Below the pieces are notes generated by a model that was given only the letters and a program-made list of their open reading frames with translations, was not told the origin of the DNA and ran no database searches. This document shows, piece by piece, positions 27,357 to 36,743 of a stretch of DNA of 64,000 nt. The position numbers were made by a program, and so were the translations under genes. Every line of letters begins with the position of its first letter. Position 1 is the first letter of the stretch. The DNA is from Rhizobiaceae bacterium (GTDB lineage Bacteria; Pseudomonadota; Alphaproteobacteria; Rhizobiales; Rhizobiaceae): contig JABABQ010000033.1 in assembly GCA_014238155.1 (NCBI GenBank), positions 55,538 through 119,537 of the forward strand, in the 5' to 3' direction.

Positions 27357-28517
27357 TTATGCCGTCAATTTGCGCGCGATGATCACACGCATGATTTCAT
27401 TGGTGCCTTCAAGGATCTGATGAACCCGCAGGTCACGCACGATTTTCTCGACGCCGTAATCCGCCAGATAGCCATAGCCGCCGTGAATTTGCAGCGCTTC
27501 ATTGGCGACGTTGAAACCCGCGTCGGTGGAAAATCTCTTGGCCATGGCACAGGCTTTACTGGCGTCCGGCGTTTTTGCATCCAGTTTCGCTGCCGCTGAA
27601 TAGAGCATCAAACGCGCAGCTTCGAGTTCCGTTGCCATGTCGGCCAGTTTGAATTGTATTGCCTGAAACTGGCCGATTTCCTTGCCAAACGCCTTGCGGT
27701 CGGCCGAATAGGCCAATGCCATATCAAGCGCCGCCTGAGCGCCCCCCAGTGAACAGGCGCCTATATTCAACCGTCCACCATCCAAACCCGACATGGCGAT
27801 TCGAAAACCCATTCCCTCGTCATTGAGCAAATTATCTGCCGGAATACGACAATTGTCGAAAATCACCTGCGCCGTCGGCTGGATATTCCAACCCATCTTT
27901 TTTTCTTCGGGACCGAAAGACAGGCCCGGCGCACCCTTTTCAACAAGGAAACAGGAAATACCCTTTGGACCGGCCTCACCGGTTCGCGCCATCACGATAT
28001 ATAGGTCATTCGACCCGGCGCCTGAAATAAACTGTTTGGTTCCATTCAGCACGTAGGAATCACCATCGCGGACGGCGGTTGTTTTCAGCGCAGCCGCATC
28101 GGAACCACTGCCCGGCTCGGTGAGACAATAGCTGGCAATTTTTTCCATCGAGGTCAGTTGCGGCAATGTCTGCTGTCGTTGCTGCTCGCTGCCATAAAGA
28201 TCGATCATCCAGGCGGCCATATTGTGGATTGAGATAAATGCCGAAACCGCCGGACATCCGGTAGCCAGGGCTTCGAAGATGACAGCAGCATCAAGCCGCG
28301 TCAGCGCCGACCCGCCAACATCTTCACGCACATAAATTCCGCCCATGCCCAATTCCGCAGTCTGGCGAATAACATCCAGCGGCAAATGCCGGTTCTGATC
28401 CCATTCAACTGCAAAGGGGGCGACTTTTTCGCGCGCGAAGTTGCCCACCATGTCCTGAATCGAACGCTGGTCTTCATTGAGATCAAATGGTCGATTAATA
28501 TCAGTCAACGCATCCAT
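27357..28517 (-). CDS. acyl-CoA dehydrogenase (isobutyryl-CoA dehydrogenase-like)
   Basis: CLTEPGSGSDAA and QIHGGYGY motifs, C-terminal catalytic Glu context (ILEGTNEI). Confidence 0.85.
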   Translation of the reverse strand: MDALTDINRPFDLNEDQRSIQDMVGNFAREKVAPFAVEWDQNRHLPLDVIRQTAELGMGGIYVREDVGGSALTRLDAAVIFEALATGCPAVSAFISIHNMAAWMIDLYGSEQQRQQTLPQLTSMEKIASYCLTEPGSGSDAAALKTTAVRDGDSYVLNGTKQFISGAGSNDLYIVMARTGEAGPKGISCFLVEKGAPGLSFGPEEKKMGWNIQPTAQVIFDNCRIPADNLLNDEGMGFRIAMSGLDGGRLNIGACSLGGAQAALDMALAYSADRKAFGKEIGQFQAIQFKLADMATELEAARLMLYSAAAKLDAKTPDASKACAMAKRFSTDAGFNVANEALQIHGGYGYLADYGVEKIVRDLRVHQILEGTNEIMRVIIARKLTA

Positions 28518-28540
28518 GTCTTTCTCCGTTGCCGGTCAAA

Positions 28541-29158
28541 CTAATCTGCTTCAGAGATCAACATGATCCCCATTGCTGCAAACACACTTCCAAATAGCAG
28601 TTCAAACAGCCGCCGCGCTCTGGCATAAGCGGCCTGTGCGCGGGGTGTTGAAAACACCACGGCATAGCCCAGGAATACGGCTATCCCCAACACTGCACAA
28701 CTACCGAACATGGCGATTGAATGCCAGGCAGGTGCGCCTTGCTGAACACCAATCGATAAAATCGCCACCCACGCTAGAACCGCTTTGGGATTGGTCAGGT
28801 GTATCGCCAATCCCTGCAGCCAATAATTACCAGGACGGGTTTCGTGGACTTTCAGGTCGGCATCGGCTGACCACGCGGAGCGCAGCGCCTTAAACGCCAG
28901 CCACAGCAAATAGAGGCCGCCACCAACCTTTAAAACGACAAAAAATCCGGCGAATTTTGCCATCACCGCGGCCAGTCCAAAAGCCGCACACAGCCCCCAG
29001 AACAGCGAGCCGCAAACCACGCCAGAGGCCAGTTTCAATCCGGCTGCGCGCCCATGGCGGGCGGCAACACCCATAATTGCAAGCGTTGCCGGCCCGGGAC
29101 TGATGGTTGCAACCAGATAAGCACCAATGCCCAAAAAGATCGCATCTATCTCACTCAC
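28541..29158 (-). CDS. LysE/RhtB-family amino-acid exporter
   Basis: ISPGPATLAIMG N-terminal motif, about 6 TM segments, 205 aa. 4-nt overlap with the upstream aminotransferase gene. Confidence 0.8.
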   Translation of the reverse strand: MSEIDAIFLGIGAYLVATISPGPATLAIMGVAARHGRAAGLKLASGVVCGSLFWGLCAAFGLAAVMAKFAGFFVVLKVGGGLYLLWLAFKALRSAWSADADLKVHETRPGNYWLQGLAIHLTNPKAVLAWVAILSIGVQQGAPAWHSIAMFGSCAVLGIAVFLGYAVVFSTPRAQAAYARARRLFELLFGSVFAAMGIMLISEAD

Positions 29159-30528
29159 TTGGACAATTCTCCCTGAGCCAGATCGAAGGCGGTTTTGGCA
29201 ATCTGGGCGGCCTCGTCAATGGTTTCGCGGGTCCATGTCAAAGGCGGCGACAGGATCATCGTCTCGCCGACCGCCCGCATCATCATGCCATTGGCGATGG
29301 AATGATCACGCGCCAGTCCGGCCGCATGACCGGCAGGTTCAAAACGTTGCTTCGTCACCGGGTCCTTGACGATTTCGATTGCCGCCAGCAGACCAAACCC
29401 CCTTATTTCGCCGGTCAGCGGGTGATCACCAAGGACTTCACGCAATCGCTGAACGAGATAGGGGCCGGTATCGTTCTTGACCCGCTGAATGAGACCTTCC
29501 TTTTCAAGAATATCCAGATTGGCCATCGCCACCGCACAACAAACCGGGTGACCCGAATAGGTGTAGCCATGATAATATTCACCGCCCCTGGCCAGCACCT
29601 GCGCCATGCGATCTCCCACCAAAACCGCAGAAAGCGGCTGGTAACCGGAGGTAATTGCCTTGGCAACCGTGATCGTATCCGGCTCAATGCCCATGCTTTG
29701 ACAGGCAAACCACTCGCCGGTTCGTCCAAAGCCGGTAATCACTTCATCAATCATCAACAGCACGTCATATTTTTTACAGATACGCTGGATTTCTGGCCAG
29801 TAACTGGCGGGCGGAATTTTCACACCACCTGCACCCTGGATGGGTTCACCCACAAAAGCCGCAACATTTTCCGCACCGGCTTCCAATATCGCATCTTCAA
29901 CCGCCTTGGCAGCGCGCAGACCGAAGGCTTCGTCGGTTTCACCTGCATCAGCCAGTTCATAGGCATAGGGCGCCATCACGTGTTTGAACCCCGGCAACAT
30001 CGGCCCAAGCTGGCCATGCATGGCGCTCATTCCACCCATGCTGGTGGCTGCAATTGTAGAGCCGTGATAGGCGTCGTTGCGGGAAATGATGATGTGTTTT
30101 TCAGGCTGGCCCTGCAGAGCCCAGAAGTGGCGCACGGTCCTGATTGCCGTATCGTTGCTTTCCGAACCGGACGCCCCGTAAAACACCTGATTGATATTGG
30201 CCGGGGCCAGTTCGGCCAGCCGCTTGGACAGCAGTGCAACAGCCGGATGGGTGGTCTTGAAGAATGTGTTGTAATAGGCGAGCTCTTTCATCTGCTCGCA
30301 GGCCACGTCGGCCAGTTCGTCGCGTCCATAACCGACATTGACGCACCACAGACCGGCCATGCCGTCGAGTATTCGATTGCCTTCGCTATCAAATATATAA
30401 TTGCCCTCGGCACTGGTGACGACGCGCACGCCCACCTCATGCAATTCCTGATGGTCGGTGAACGGGTGAATGTGATGGGCATGGTCGGCGGCACGCAGCT
30501 GCTCGGTGGAAAAATTTTTATAGGCCAT
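29155..30528 (-). CDS. class-III (omega) aminotransferase, beta-alanine/omega-amino acid:pyruvate type
   Basis: GSESNDTA and MIDEVITGFGRTG motifs; 457 aa. Confidence 0.85.
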   Translation of the reverse strand: MAYKNFSTEQLRAADHAHHIHPFTDHQELHEVGVRVVTSAEGNYIFDSEGNRILDGMAGLWCVNVGYGRDELADVACEQMKELAYYNTFFKTTHPAVALLSKRLAELAPANINQVFYGASGSESNDTAIRTVRHFWALQGQPEKHIIISRNDAYHGSTIAATSMGGMSAMHGQLGPMLPGFKHVMAPYAYELADAGETDEAFGLRAAKAVEDAILEAGAENVAAFVGEPIQGAGGVKIPPASYWPEIQRICKKYDVLLMIDEVITGFGRTGEWFACQSMGIEPDTITVAKAITSGYQPLSAVLVGDRMAQVLARGGEYYHGYTYSGHPVCCAVAMANLDILEKEGLIQRVKNDTGPYLVQRLREVLGDHPLTGEIRGFGLLAAIEIVKDPVTKQRFEPAGHAAGLARDHSIANGMMMRAVGETMILSPPLTWTRETIDEAAQIAKTAFDLAQGELSK

Positions 30529-30670
30529 TATGAGGCTCCGATGTTTGAGAAGAATAAGCGGATGGTCTTCTCAGGTCGGCGGCGAAAAACCGATGCGGGC
30601 GCATAGCTGCAGCAGCATATTATGCGCAGTCAGTCCAGATTGGATAACAGTCCACATCAGCTTGCTCTTG

Positions 30671-31420
30671 TCACACAGGATAAGTCGAACCAGTTTCAAC
30701 ACTATCACGTTGCTCGTAAAGCCCTTCCAGGAAGCTCCACAGCTCGGCTTTCAATTCAAACGGAAAATGCTCGTATTTTCCAGCGATAAATGTATCGAAA
30801 TGAAAGTCGGGATGTTCAAGCATTCCCAAAGCTTCCGCCGATAGTTGCGGCAACAGCACTTCCCGGTCAATGCGCATTTGGTGGTAGATATCAGAACTGC
30901 GCCCCTGCCCCAGCGAATCTCCGATCGCCGAATTGCGCACCGTCAGAAATCGGGTTTTGGGAATCGAAGCCGACAGTTCCGCCGCCGCTTCAATCGATGC
31001 CTCGGTGCGATCAATCAGATAAAACACCGATACATCTAGGCCAGCTTCCTCAGCGCCGGTTTCAAAACCAATATCGCGATAAATATCAAAAAACCGGGCG
31101 AAATGCCGCGCCGACAGATCAATCAGGTAGTGCGCATCCGTCTGCGCCAACATACCATCAAACAGCGCCACCTGAGCGGTGGTCTTGGATATATCGATTA
31201 TCTGACCGCTGTCGCTGAAATGATTGATCAGGTTGCCGTCCGGCTCGTCAGTGTCAAATATATGCGGCGGATGCCCCAACCGCAGCATCAGCAGGTCAGC
31301 CGCCAGCTTGGCGAACAGTGTTTTGCCGTTTCGCGGGCAATCTGAGCAGACTATTGTAGCTGAAGCCCCGGCGCGTCCCCAAGGGGCGGATTTATCTGAT
31401 TGGGCCCCGGTATCCGACAA
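30671..31420 (-). CDS. degenerate paralog of the upstream ParA/TraL-like P-loop protein (Walker A eroded to CSDCPRNGKT)
   Basis: Same length as the 31425-32177 product and colinear with it (FDTD, VRN, LPQL/VPKL, FxxFI and C-terminal helix blocks), but lacks the KGG signature. Confidence 0.5.
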   Translation of the reverse strand: MSDTGAQSDKSAPWGRAGASATIVCSDCPRNGKTLFAKLAADLLMLRLGHPPHIFDTDEPDGNLINHFSDSGQIIDISKTTAQVALFDGMLAQTDAHYLIDLSARHFARFFDIYRDIGFETGAEEAGLDVSVFYLIDRTEASIEAAAELSASIPKTRFLTVRNSAIGDSLGQGRSSDIYHQMRIDREVLLPQLSAEALGMLEHPDFHFDTFIAGKYEHFPFELKAELWSFLEGLYEQRDSVETGSTYPV

Positions 31421-31424
31421 ACGA

Positions 31425-32177
31425 TCAGGAATCTCCTGACGCGTTTGACCTCTTGGCAGCCATGATTGTCTTGATCATGTCGAGCTGACTCAATTCTGCA
31501 TCCAGATCCTGGATCCATTTGCGCACATAACCGCGCAGGACAAACGAGAAATCCGCATCTTCACCCTTGGCGGATTTGTTGGCGATAAAATCGGTAAATG
31601 TTACGCCTGCCAGGTCGACTTGCTCATAGGCCATCTCGTTGAGTTTCGGCACTTCAATTTCCTTGGCATTGGGCAGTCTGGCAAAATACTTGTTGTAAGT
31701 CGTCTCGTCCCACTCAAAGAAATTGGTTTCGTTGATAAAGTTGCGGGCCACAACATAGTCCAACCCGTTGGTATATCTGGCCACTTCATTCATTTCATCA
31801 AGCGACGCGATAGACGGGCCAACCACGTGCATAAGACCCAGATCGAACACTCCGTCCTTGGCAGCTTCAAGCACGCCGATGCGATCAAAAATATCCAGCG
31901 CAGATGACAGATTGCCAGCTTTTAGATCGACAATAGTGACCTGTTCAGCGGCTGAGTCCATTGTGTCGAGAATACGCATCTGGTCGGCGACATTGGCCAG
32001 ATCGATGATCGTTGCCTTGGTCGGATAAAAGCGATTTAGCGTACCCCGGGGATTTTCCGTATCAAAGGCACGAACCAACACGTTGCTGCGTTCCAGATAA
32101 TCGAGCAAGGCCCGCGAAAGGGTCGTTTTGCCGACACCGCCCTTGTCGGCGCCCACCAAAATCATAGAATGCTTCAT
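31425..32177 (-). CDS. ParA/MinD-superfamily P-loop ATPase, TraL(IncP)-like subgroup
   Basis: Deviant Walker A GADKGGVGKTT, FDTENP, IVDLKAG (Walker B-like). The overall block order recalls RP4 TraL from memory. Confidence 0.6.
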   Translation of the reverse strand: MKHSMILVGADKGGVGKTTLSRALLDYLERSNVLVRAFDTENPRGTLNRFYPTKATIIDLANVADQMRILDTMDSAAEQVTIVDLKAGNLSSALDIFDRIGVLEAAKDGVFDLGLMHVVGPSIASLDEMNEVARYTNGLDYVVARNFINETNFFEWDETTYNKYFARLPNAKEIEVPKLNEMAYEQVDLAGVTFTDFIANKSAKGEDADFSFVLRGYVRKWIQDLDAELSQLDMIKTIMAAKRSNASGDS

Positions 32178-32374
32178 AAAATCGCCTTCATTAATGCAAT
32201 AACTTCTAGTTCACTGTATCGAAATCTAAATTATTTCACAACGCGCAATCAAACCAACCACTTGTGGATGAAAAAAACATCATGACAGCCTTAACACCGC
32301 ACAACAATTGACAAATAACGTAACGTCATCTTCACTCGATCTTACCCGAGCAACGCATCCCGCTGGAGGATAAT

Positions 32375-33730
32375 ATGCCGCAATCGTTTGCCAGACTTTT
32401 CTTATCTTTGTGTCTTGTCATGTCGACATTGACTATCTCGCAACAAGCAAGTGGCCAGACAATCACACTGGGCGGTGATGACCGTCAGATTTTCCAGATC
32501 CTGCGCGGTGCCGGTTACCGAAGTCCGGTGGTCAAAAGTCGCGGGCTTACCATTGTCCGCCTCGAAGCCTGTAAGGGCGCCGACAAGTATCAGGTGAAAG
32601 TCAGTATTCTTGGCAAAATCACCAGTTCCAACAAGATTGGCAAATGTCCGAAACCTCAACAGGCCAGATTTTCTCGTGCCGATGCCAAACAATTTCTGGA
32701 GCAAGATGGCTATAATCGAGTTGATGCGCAACGCAACGGTAATACGATTGTTGCGACTGCTTGCCGTAACAATCGTCGGTACCAGTTTGAATTCAACCGG
32801 CGCGGCGAAGTCGCCGACCGCCAGCGCACCGGCAGTTGCCAACCTGACGGACTGACGTCGCGCCAGATCACCAACATACTGGAACAAAATGGCTATCGCC
32901 GGGTTGAGGTTATCGATGATCAACCACCGCGTTACGTTGCAGAAGCCTGCCGTGACAATAACCGCATGACCATCGAGCTCAACCGGCGCGGTGGTATTCG
33001 ATCCGAGCGTCGTATCGGACGGTGTCGTGAACAGATTAATCCAGCCAACCTCGCGCAATTGCTCCAGGATAATGGCTATTCACGCATTGAAATCATTGAC
33101 CGCCGCCGCCCGCCCTATATTGCCCATGGCTGTAAGGGAGGGGACAAAATGGAAATTACCATTGGTCGCTTTGGTCGCCTGCGTGGCGAGACCCGCATTG
33201 ACACCTGCGCCAGCCCTATTGACCCGGCAAATCTCGGCAGACTGATGCGCAAAGAAGGCTATGATCAGGTCAAGGTATTGCGCGGCAGCCGCACCCCCTA
33301 TCTGGTTGAGGCGTGCAAAGGTCGTAAATTGGTGGAACTGCTGGTCGACCGTTATGGCCGTGTCAGCAAAGAGGAAAATGTCGGCAGTTGTGCGCCGCCT
33401 GTCACCAAACAAATGCTTGAAGATCGTTTTGCCAAAGACGGCTATTTGAATATTGATGTGCGCCAATCAAACAATGGTTGGACAGCCAATGTCTGCAGAG
33501 ATGATGTAAAAACCACAATTCGCATCAACTCAATCGGCAAGATTGTCAATCAACGCGATAGCGGAAGTTGCGTGTCCAACACGGTTCTGGATCTGTTGAA
33601 AACGCTTGAAAACCGCGGAGCCGAATCGACAACCATTTTTGTCGAAGGCTGCTACCGCAATACCAAATATCGCTGGGCCTATGACCGTTTGGGCAATCGT
33701 ACGGGCAGACGTGCAATCGGCGGCTGCTAA
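32375..33730 (+). CDS. secreted protein built from seven tandem PepSY-like repeats, each carrying a conserved Cys pair
   Basis: Signal peptide (LFLSLCLVMSTLTISQQASG), then seven units of ~61-64 aa with the pattern L-x2-x-GY-x2-V/I ... Y-x3-AC-K/R ... G-x-I/V ... G-x-C. Confidence 0.7.
   Translation: MPQSFARLFLSLCLVMSTLTISQQASGQTITLGGDDRQIFQILRGAGYRSPVVKSRGLTIVRLEACKGADKYQVKVSILGKITSSNKIGKCPKPQQARFSRADAKQFLEQDGYNRVDAQRNGNTIVATACRNNRRYQFEFNRRGEVADRQRTGSCQPDGLTSRQITNILEQNGYRRVEVIDDQPPRYVAEACRDNNRMTIELNRRGGIRSERRIGRCREQINPANLAQLLQDNGYSRIEIIDRRRPPYIAHGCKGGDKMEITIGRFGRLRGETRIDTCASPIDPANLGRLMRKEGYDQVKVLRGSRTPYLVEACKGRKLVELLVDRYGRVSKEENVGSCAPPVTKQMLEDRFAKDGYLNIDVRQSNNGWTANVCRDDVKTTIRINSIGKIVNQRDSGSCVSNTVLDLLKTLENRGAESTTIFVEGCYRNTKYRWAYDRLGNRTGRRAIGGC
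32456..33727 (+). repeat. seven protein-level tandem repeats (~185-190 nt each) within the PepSY-like gene
   Basis: Repeat boundaries follow the terminal Cys of each unit (..IGKC, ..TGSC, ..IGRC, ..IDTC, ..VGSC, ..SGSC, ..IGGC). Confidence 0.8.
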
Positions 33731-33778
33731 ACTAAATTTCTCGGGAGCGCTATCATCGGCGCTTCCGAACATTACATA

Positions 33779-34939
33779 TCACGCTTCCATTACACGTTCT
33801 GCAAGCTGTTCGACATCGGACCGTGAGGCATTCCTCGCTGTTGCGTCCAGCATCGCGATATTGGCATCAGCAACCATATCGTCCGCCAGCGCCTGCTGGG
33901 AAAGCCTGGCTTTTTCCTCATTGCTCAACGTCAGTGATTCCCCACATTGTTCAGCCAACCCATGCAATTTGTCACTAATGTCTGAGGCTTTCTTACCTCC
34001 CAGCAGCTGAGCAACGCGCTCAAACGCCTGCGGATTGCCGTCAATTGTCCATTCCATTGTCTGTGCCAATGCGACGCTGACCGCCCGGCCATGGGGGATT
34101 TTGGCAAGCGATCCCAAAGCGTGTCCGATATTGTGGGCAACCGCACAGCCCGTATTGGCAATCGCCAGCCCACCATAAGCAGCCGCCAGCATCATGCCGG
34201 TACGAGCCTCGATTGACGTCGGCTCATTAACAGCTGCCACCAGATGAGCAAAAGCCTGAACGATCCCTTTTTCGGCAAGCGGGTCGTTTTGCTCATAGCG
34301 ATAACGATTGGTTCTCGACTCAATGCTGTGAACCAATGCATCAAGACCAGTGTATAAAGTCCAGTAAGCAGGCAGACCAATTGTCAGCTCGGGGTCCATC
34401 AAAGCCAAATCTGGTTTCAGTGGCTGTCCCCAAAACCAGTTTTTAACACCATCCGGCTGGGAAATTATCGACGTGCCGGTTGTTTCGCTGCCAGTTCCCG
34501 CCGTCGTCGGCAGGGCAATTAGTCCGGTCTTGCGAAACGGCAGCTGGCTCAGCGCCAGCCGATAAGGCTCGCAGCTTTCGCCCGTATGCGCCAGCGCAGC
34601 TACCACCTTGCTGGTATCCAGTGCCGATCCACCGCCCAGGCCGACAACACAATCGGTCTGGTTTTCATGGGCGATTCTGGTCGCATCATTGACCGACTTT
34701 TCCTTCGGATCGCTCTGCAAATCGTCGAACAGAATCACCTCATGGCGCTGGTCTTTCAAGCTTTCTATCAACGGTTCCGCCAGTCCCAATTTGACAAGCG
34801 CCGGATCGCACACCATCAAAACACGGCTTTTTTCTCCGGTGGTTTCGGAAACTCGAATACCGAGTTCCTTTGACGCGCCGGGAGCCAGGATCATTGACGG
34901 GTGTTTGGTCAGGGAAAATGCGGTCATGTCTTTGGTCAC
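33779..34939 (-). CDS. iron-containing (group III) alcohol dehydrogenase
   Basis: VVGLGGGSALDTSK and the GxAHNxGHxLG His cluster (CAVAHNIGHALG), 386 aa. Confidence 0.85.
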   Translation of the reverse strand: MTKDMTAFSLTKHPSMILAPGASKELGIRVSETTGEKSRVLMVCDPALVKLGLAEPLIESLKDQRHEVILFDDLQSDPKEKSVNDATRIAHENQTDCVVGLGGGSALDTSKVVAALAHTGESCEPYRLALSQLPFRKTGLIALPTTAGTGSETTGTSIISQPDGVKNWFWGQPLKPDLALMDPELTIGLPAYWTLYTGLDALVHSIESRTNRYRYEQNDPLAEKGIVQAFAHLVAAVNEPTSIEARTGMMLAAAYGGLAIANTGCAVAHNIGHALGSLAKIPHGRAVSVALAQTMEWTIDGNPQAFERVAQLLGGKKASDISDKLHGLAEQCGESLTLSNEEKARLSQQALADDMVADANIAMLDATARNASRSDVEQLAERVMEA

Positions 34940-35133
34940 TTAATTCAGGTGGCGCGACATTGGCGGTGACCAAGATGGATTTCAATCCTTCACGCGGCCT
35001 GACAAGTCGTTTTTCCTAAACCAATTCACGGCATGTCGCTTTCTTGTTGGCTGGCGTCGTGCATCCGTCACTGTTGCGATACCGGAAATCCACAATGACC
35101 CAGCAAGACCGCGCCTTGCAGGAGGATATTTTG

Positions 35134-36741
35134 ATGACTGATACCGATGCAGCAACGCAACCAGCAACAGGCGGCGGCGGCAACAGCGGAGACGGTGGCA
35201 CCAGCAGGAAGCGGCGCACGCGTAGTGGTGGACGGGAAGGCAATGCCAGACGCGGTGGCCCGGCAATCCGCCAGTATCCCTGGCAGACGGTTATAAATAA
35301 CGACCGCCCAACCGAGCCGATCGACGCAGAATCTGTTAAAAAAATTCACGACACGGCAATGCGGATTCTGGAAGAGATCGGTATTGAGTTCCTCAACCCG
35401 GAGGCCGCGGAAATCCTGCGTCAGCATGGCGCCACGGTAAATGGTGAAAACGTCCGCATGGGGCGGGATATGGTGATGGAGAAAATCGCTCTCGTGCCAT
35501 CGCAATTCACCCTGACTCCGCGCAATCAGGACCGCCAGATCACCATTGGTGGCAAGCATCTGGTTTTTGGCAATGTCTCCAGCCCGCCGAACTGTTCAGA
35601 TCTGGACAATGGTCGTCGCACCGGCACCCGTGAAGACTACAAAAACTTCCTGCGGCTGACCCAATATTTCAATTGCATGCATTTTGCTGGGGGCTATCCG
35701 GTGGAACCGATGGACATCCATCCATCAGTTCGTCACCTCGATTGTCTTTATGACAAGCTGACTTTGACCGACAAGGTCGTGCACGCCTATTCACTGGGCA
35801 AAGAGCGCGTTGAAGACGTTATGGAAATGACCCGCATTGCCGGTGGTCTGACCCACGAAGAATTTGAAGCCTCGCCACGCATGTATACCAATATCAACTC
35901 AACTTCGCCGCTGAAGCACGACTTTCCCATGCTCGATGGCATGATGCGGCTGGCGCGTCGCGGTCAACCGACCATTGTCACGCCCTTCACTCTGGCCGGT
36001 GCAATGGCACCAGTAACAATGGTGGGGGCAGTAACCCAGTCTTTGGCGGAATCGCTGATTGCCATTGTGCTGATCCAGTGCATCCGACCCGGCTGCGCCT
36101 CGGCAATTGGCACATTCACCTCCAATGTGGACATGAAAACCGGCGCTCCGGCGTTTGGCACACCCGACTATGTTCGGGCCACCCAGATTACTGGCCAGAT
36201 GGCACGTTATTATAATCTGCCGATGCGCTCCTCCGGTGTCTGCGCCGCCAATGTGCCCGATGGACAAAGCATGTGGGAATACATGAATTCCATGTGGGCT
36301 GTCATAACCAGTGGCACCAATGTTGTTTATCACGCGGCCGGATGGCTTGAAGGCGGGCTTTGCGCCTCATTTGAAAAATTCGTCATGGACTGCGAAGTGC
36401 TGCAGCAATTTCAGTCCTATCTGAACCCGATGGTTGTTGATGATGCGACCCTTGCATTCGATGCCATCAAGGAAGTTGGCCCCAACGGACATTTCTTTGG
36501 CATTCAACACACCCAGGACCGCTATGAGGATGCGTTCTATAACCCCTTCTTGTCGGACTGGAATAATTACGAGAATTTTGAAGAACGCGGATCGGTTTGG
36601 ACCCACGACCGGGCCAACAAATTGTACAAGCAAATTCTGGAAGAATTCGAACCACCAGAACTCGATCAGGCAATTGACGAAGAGCTCCAGGCATTTGTCG
36701 CCAGGCGCAAGGAAGAAGGCGGTGCACCGACCGATTTTTAA
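35134..36741 (+). CDS. MttB-superfamily (non-pyrrolysine) quaternary-amine:corrinoid methyltransferase with an Arg/Gly-rich N-terminal extension
   Basis: Colinear with the 51820-53367 product (ILEEIGIEF, NINSTSPL/NINSPMVMD, AGWLEGGL, HFFG/HYLG blocks). No in-frame stop. Start set at the ATG preceded by AGGAGG; the ORF track starts at 35044. Confidence 0.8.
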   Translation: MTDTDAATQPATGGGGNSGDGGTSRKRRTRSGGREGNARRGGPAIRQYPWQTVINNDRPTEPIDAESVKKIHDTAMRILEEIGIEFLNPEAAEILRQHGATVNGENVRMGRDMVMEKIALVPSQFTLTPRNQDRQITIGGKHLVFGNVSSPPNCSDLDNGRRTGTREDYKNFLRLTQYFNCMHFAGGYPVEPMDIHPSVRHLDCLYDKLTLTDKVVHAYSLGKERVEDVMEMTRIAGGLTHEEFEASPRMYTNINSTSPLKHDFPMLDGMMRLARRGQPTIVTPFTLAGAMAPVTMVGAVTQSLAESLIAIVLIQCIRPGCASAIGTFTSNVDMKTGAPAFGTPDYVRATQITGQMARYYNLPMRSSGVCAANVPDGQSMWEYMNSMWAVITSGTNVVYHAAGWLEGGLCASFEKFVMDCEVLQQFQSYLNPMVVDDATLAFDAIKEVGPNGHFFGIQHTQDRYEDAFYNPFLSDWNNYENFEERGSVWTHDRANKLYKQILEEFEPPELDQAIDEELQAFVARRKEEGGAPTDF

Positions 36742-36743
36742 CC

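Noticed and set aside
29107-30606. 499-aa plus-strand ORF
   Set aside because: It is fully antisense to a convincing class-III aminotransferase. It has no recognisable motifs, and its R/H/G/C/Q-rich composition is typical of the antisense frame of a GC3-rich gene.
30671-33730. Mobile element or conjugative remnant around the TraL-like genes
   Set aside because: I could recognise no integrase, transposase, relaxase, T4SS gene, tRNA target or flanking direct repeats. The composition does not obviously differ from the surroundings.
35044-35133. Longer N-terminal extensions offered by the ORF track. This applies here and also at 57612-57788, 58904-58933, 55332-55382, 16131-16196, 12881-12913, 41731-41826, 49827-49904 and 51699-51767.
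   Set aside because: Downstream start codons have better SD sequences or ATGA/GTGA coupling and give family-typical N-termini. The extensions have unprotein-like composition. The starts remain uncertain.
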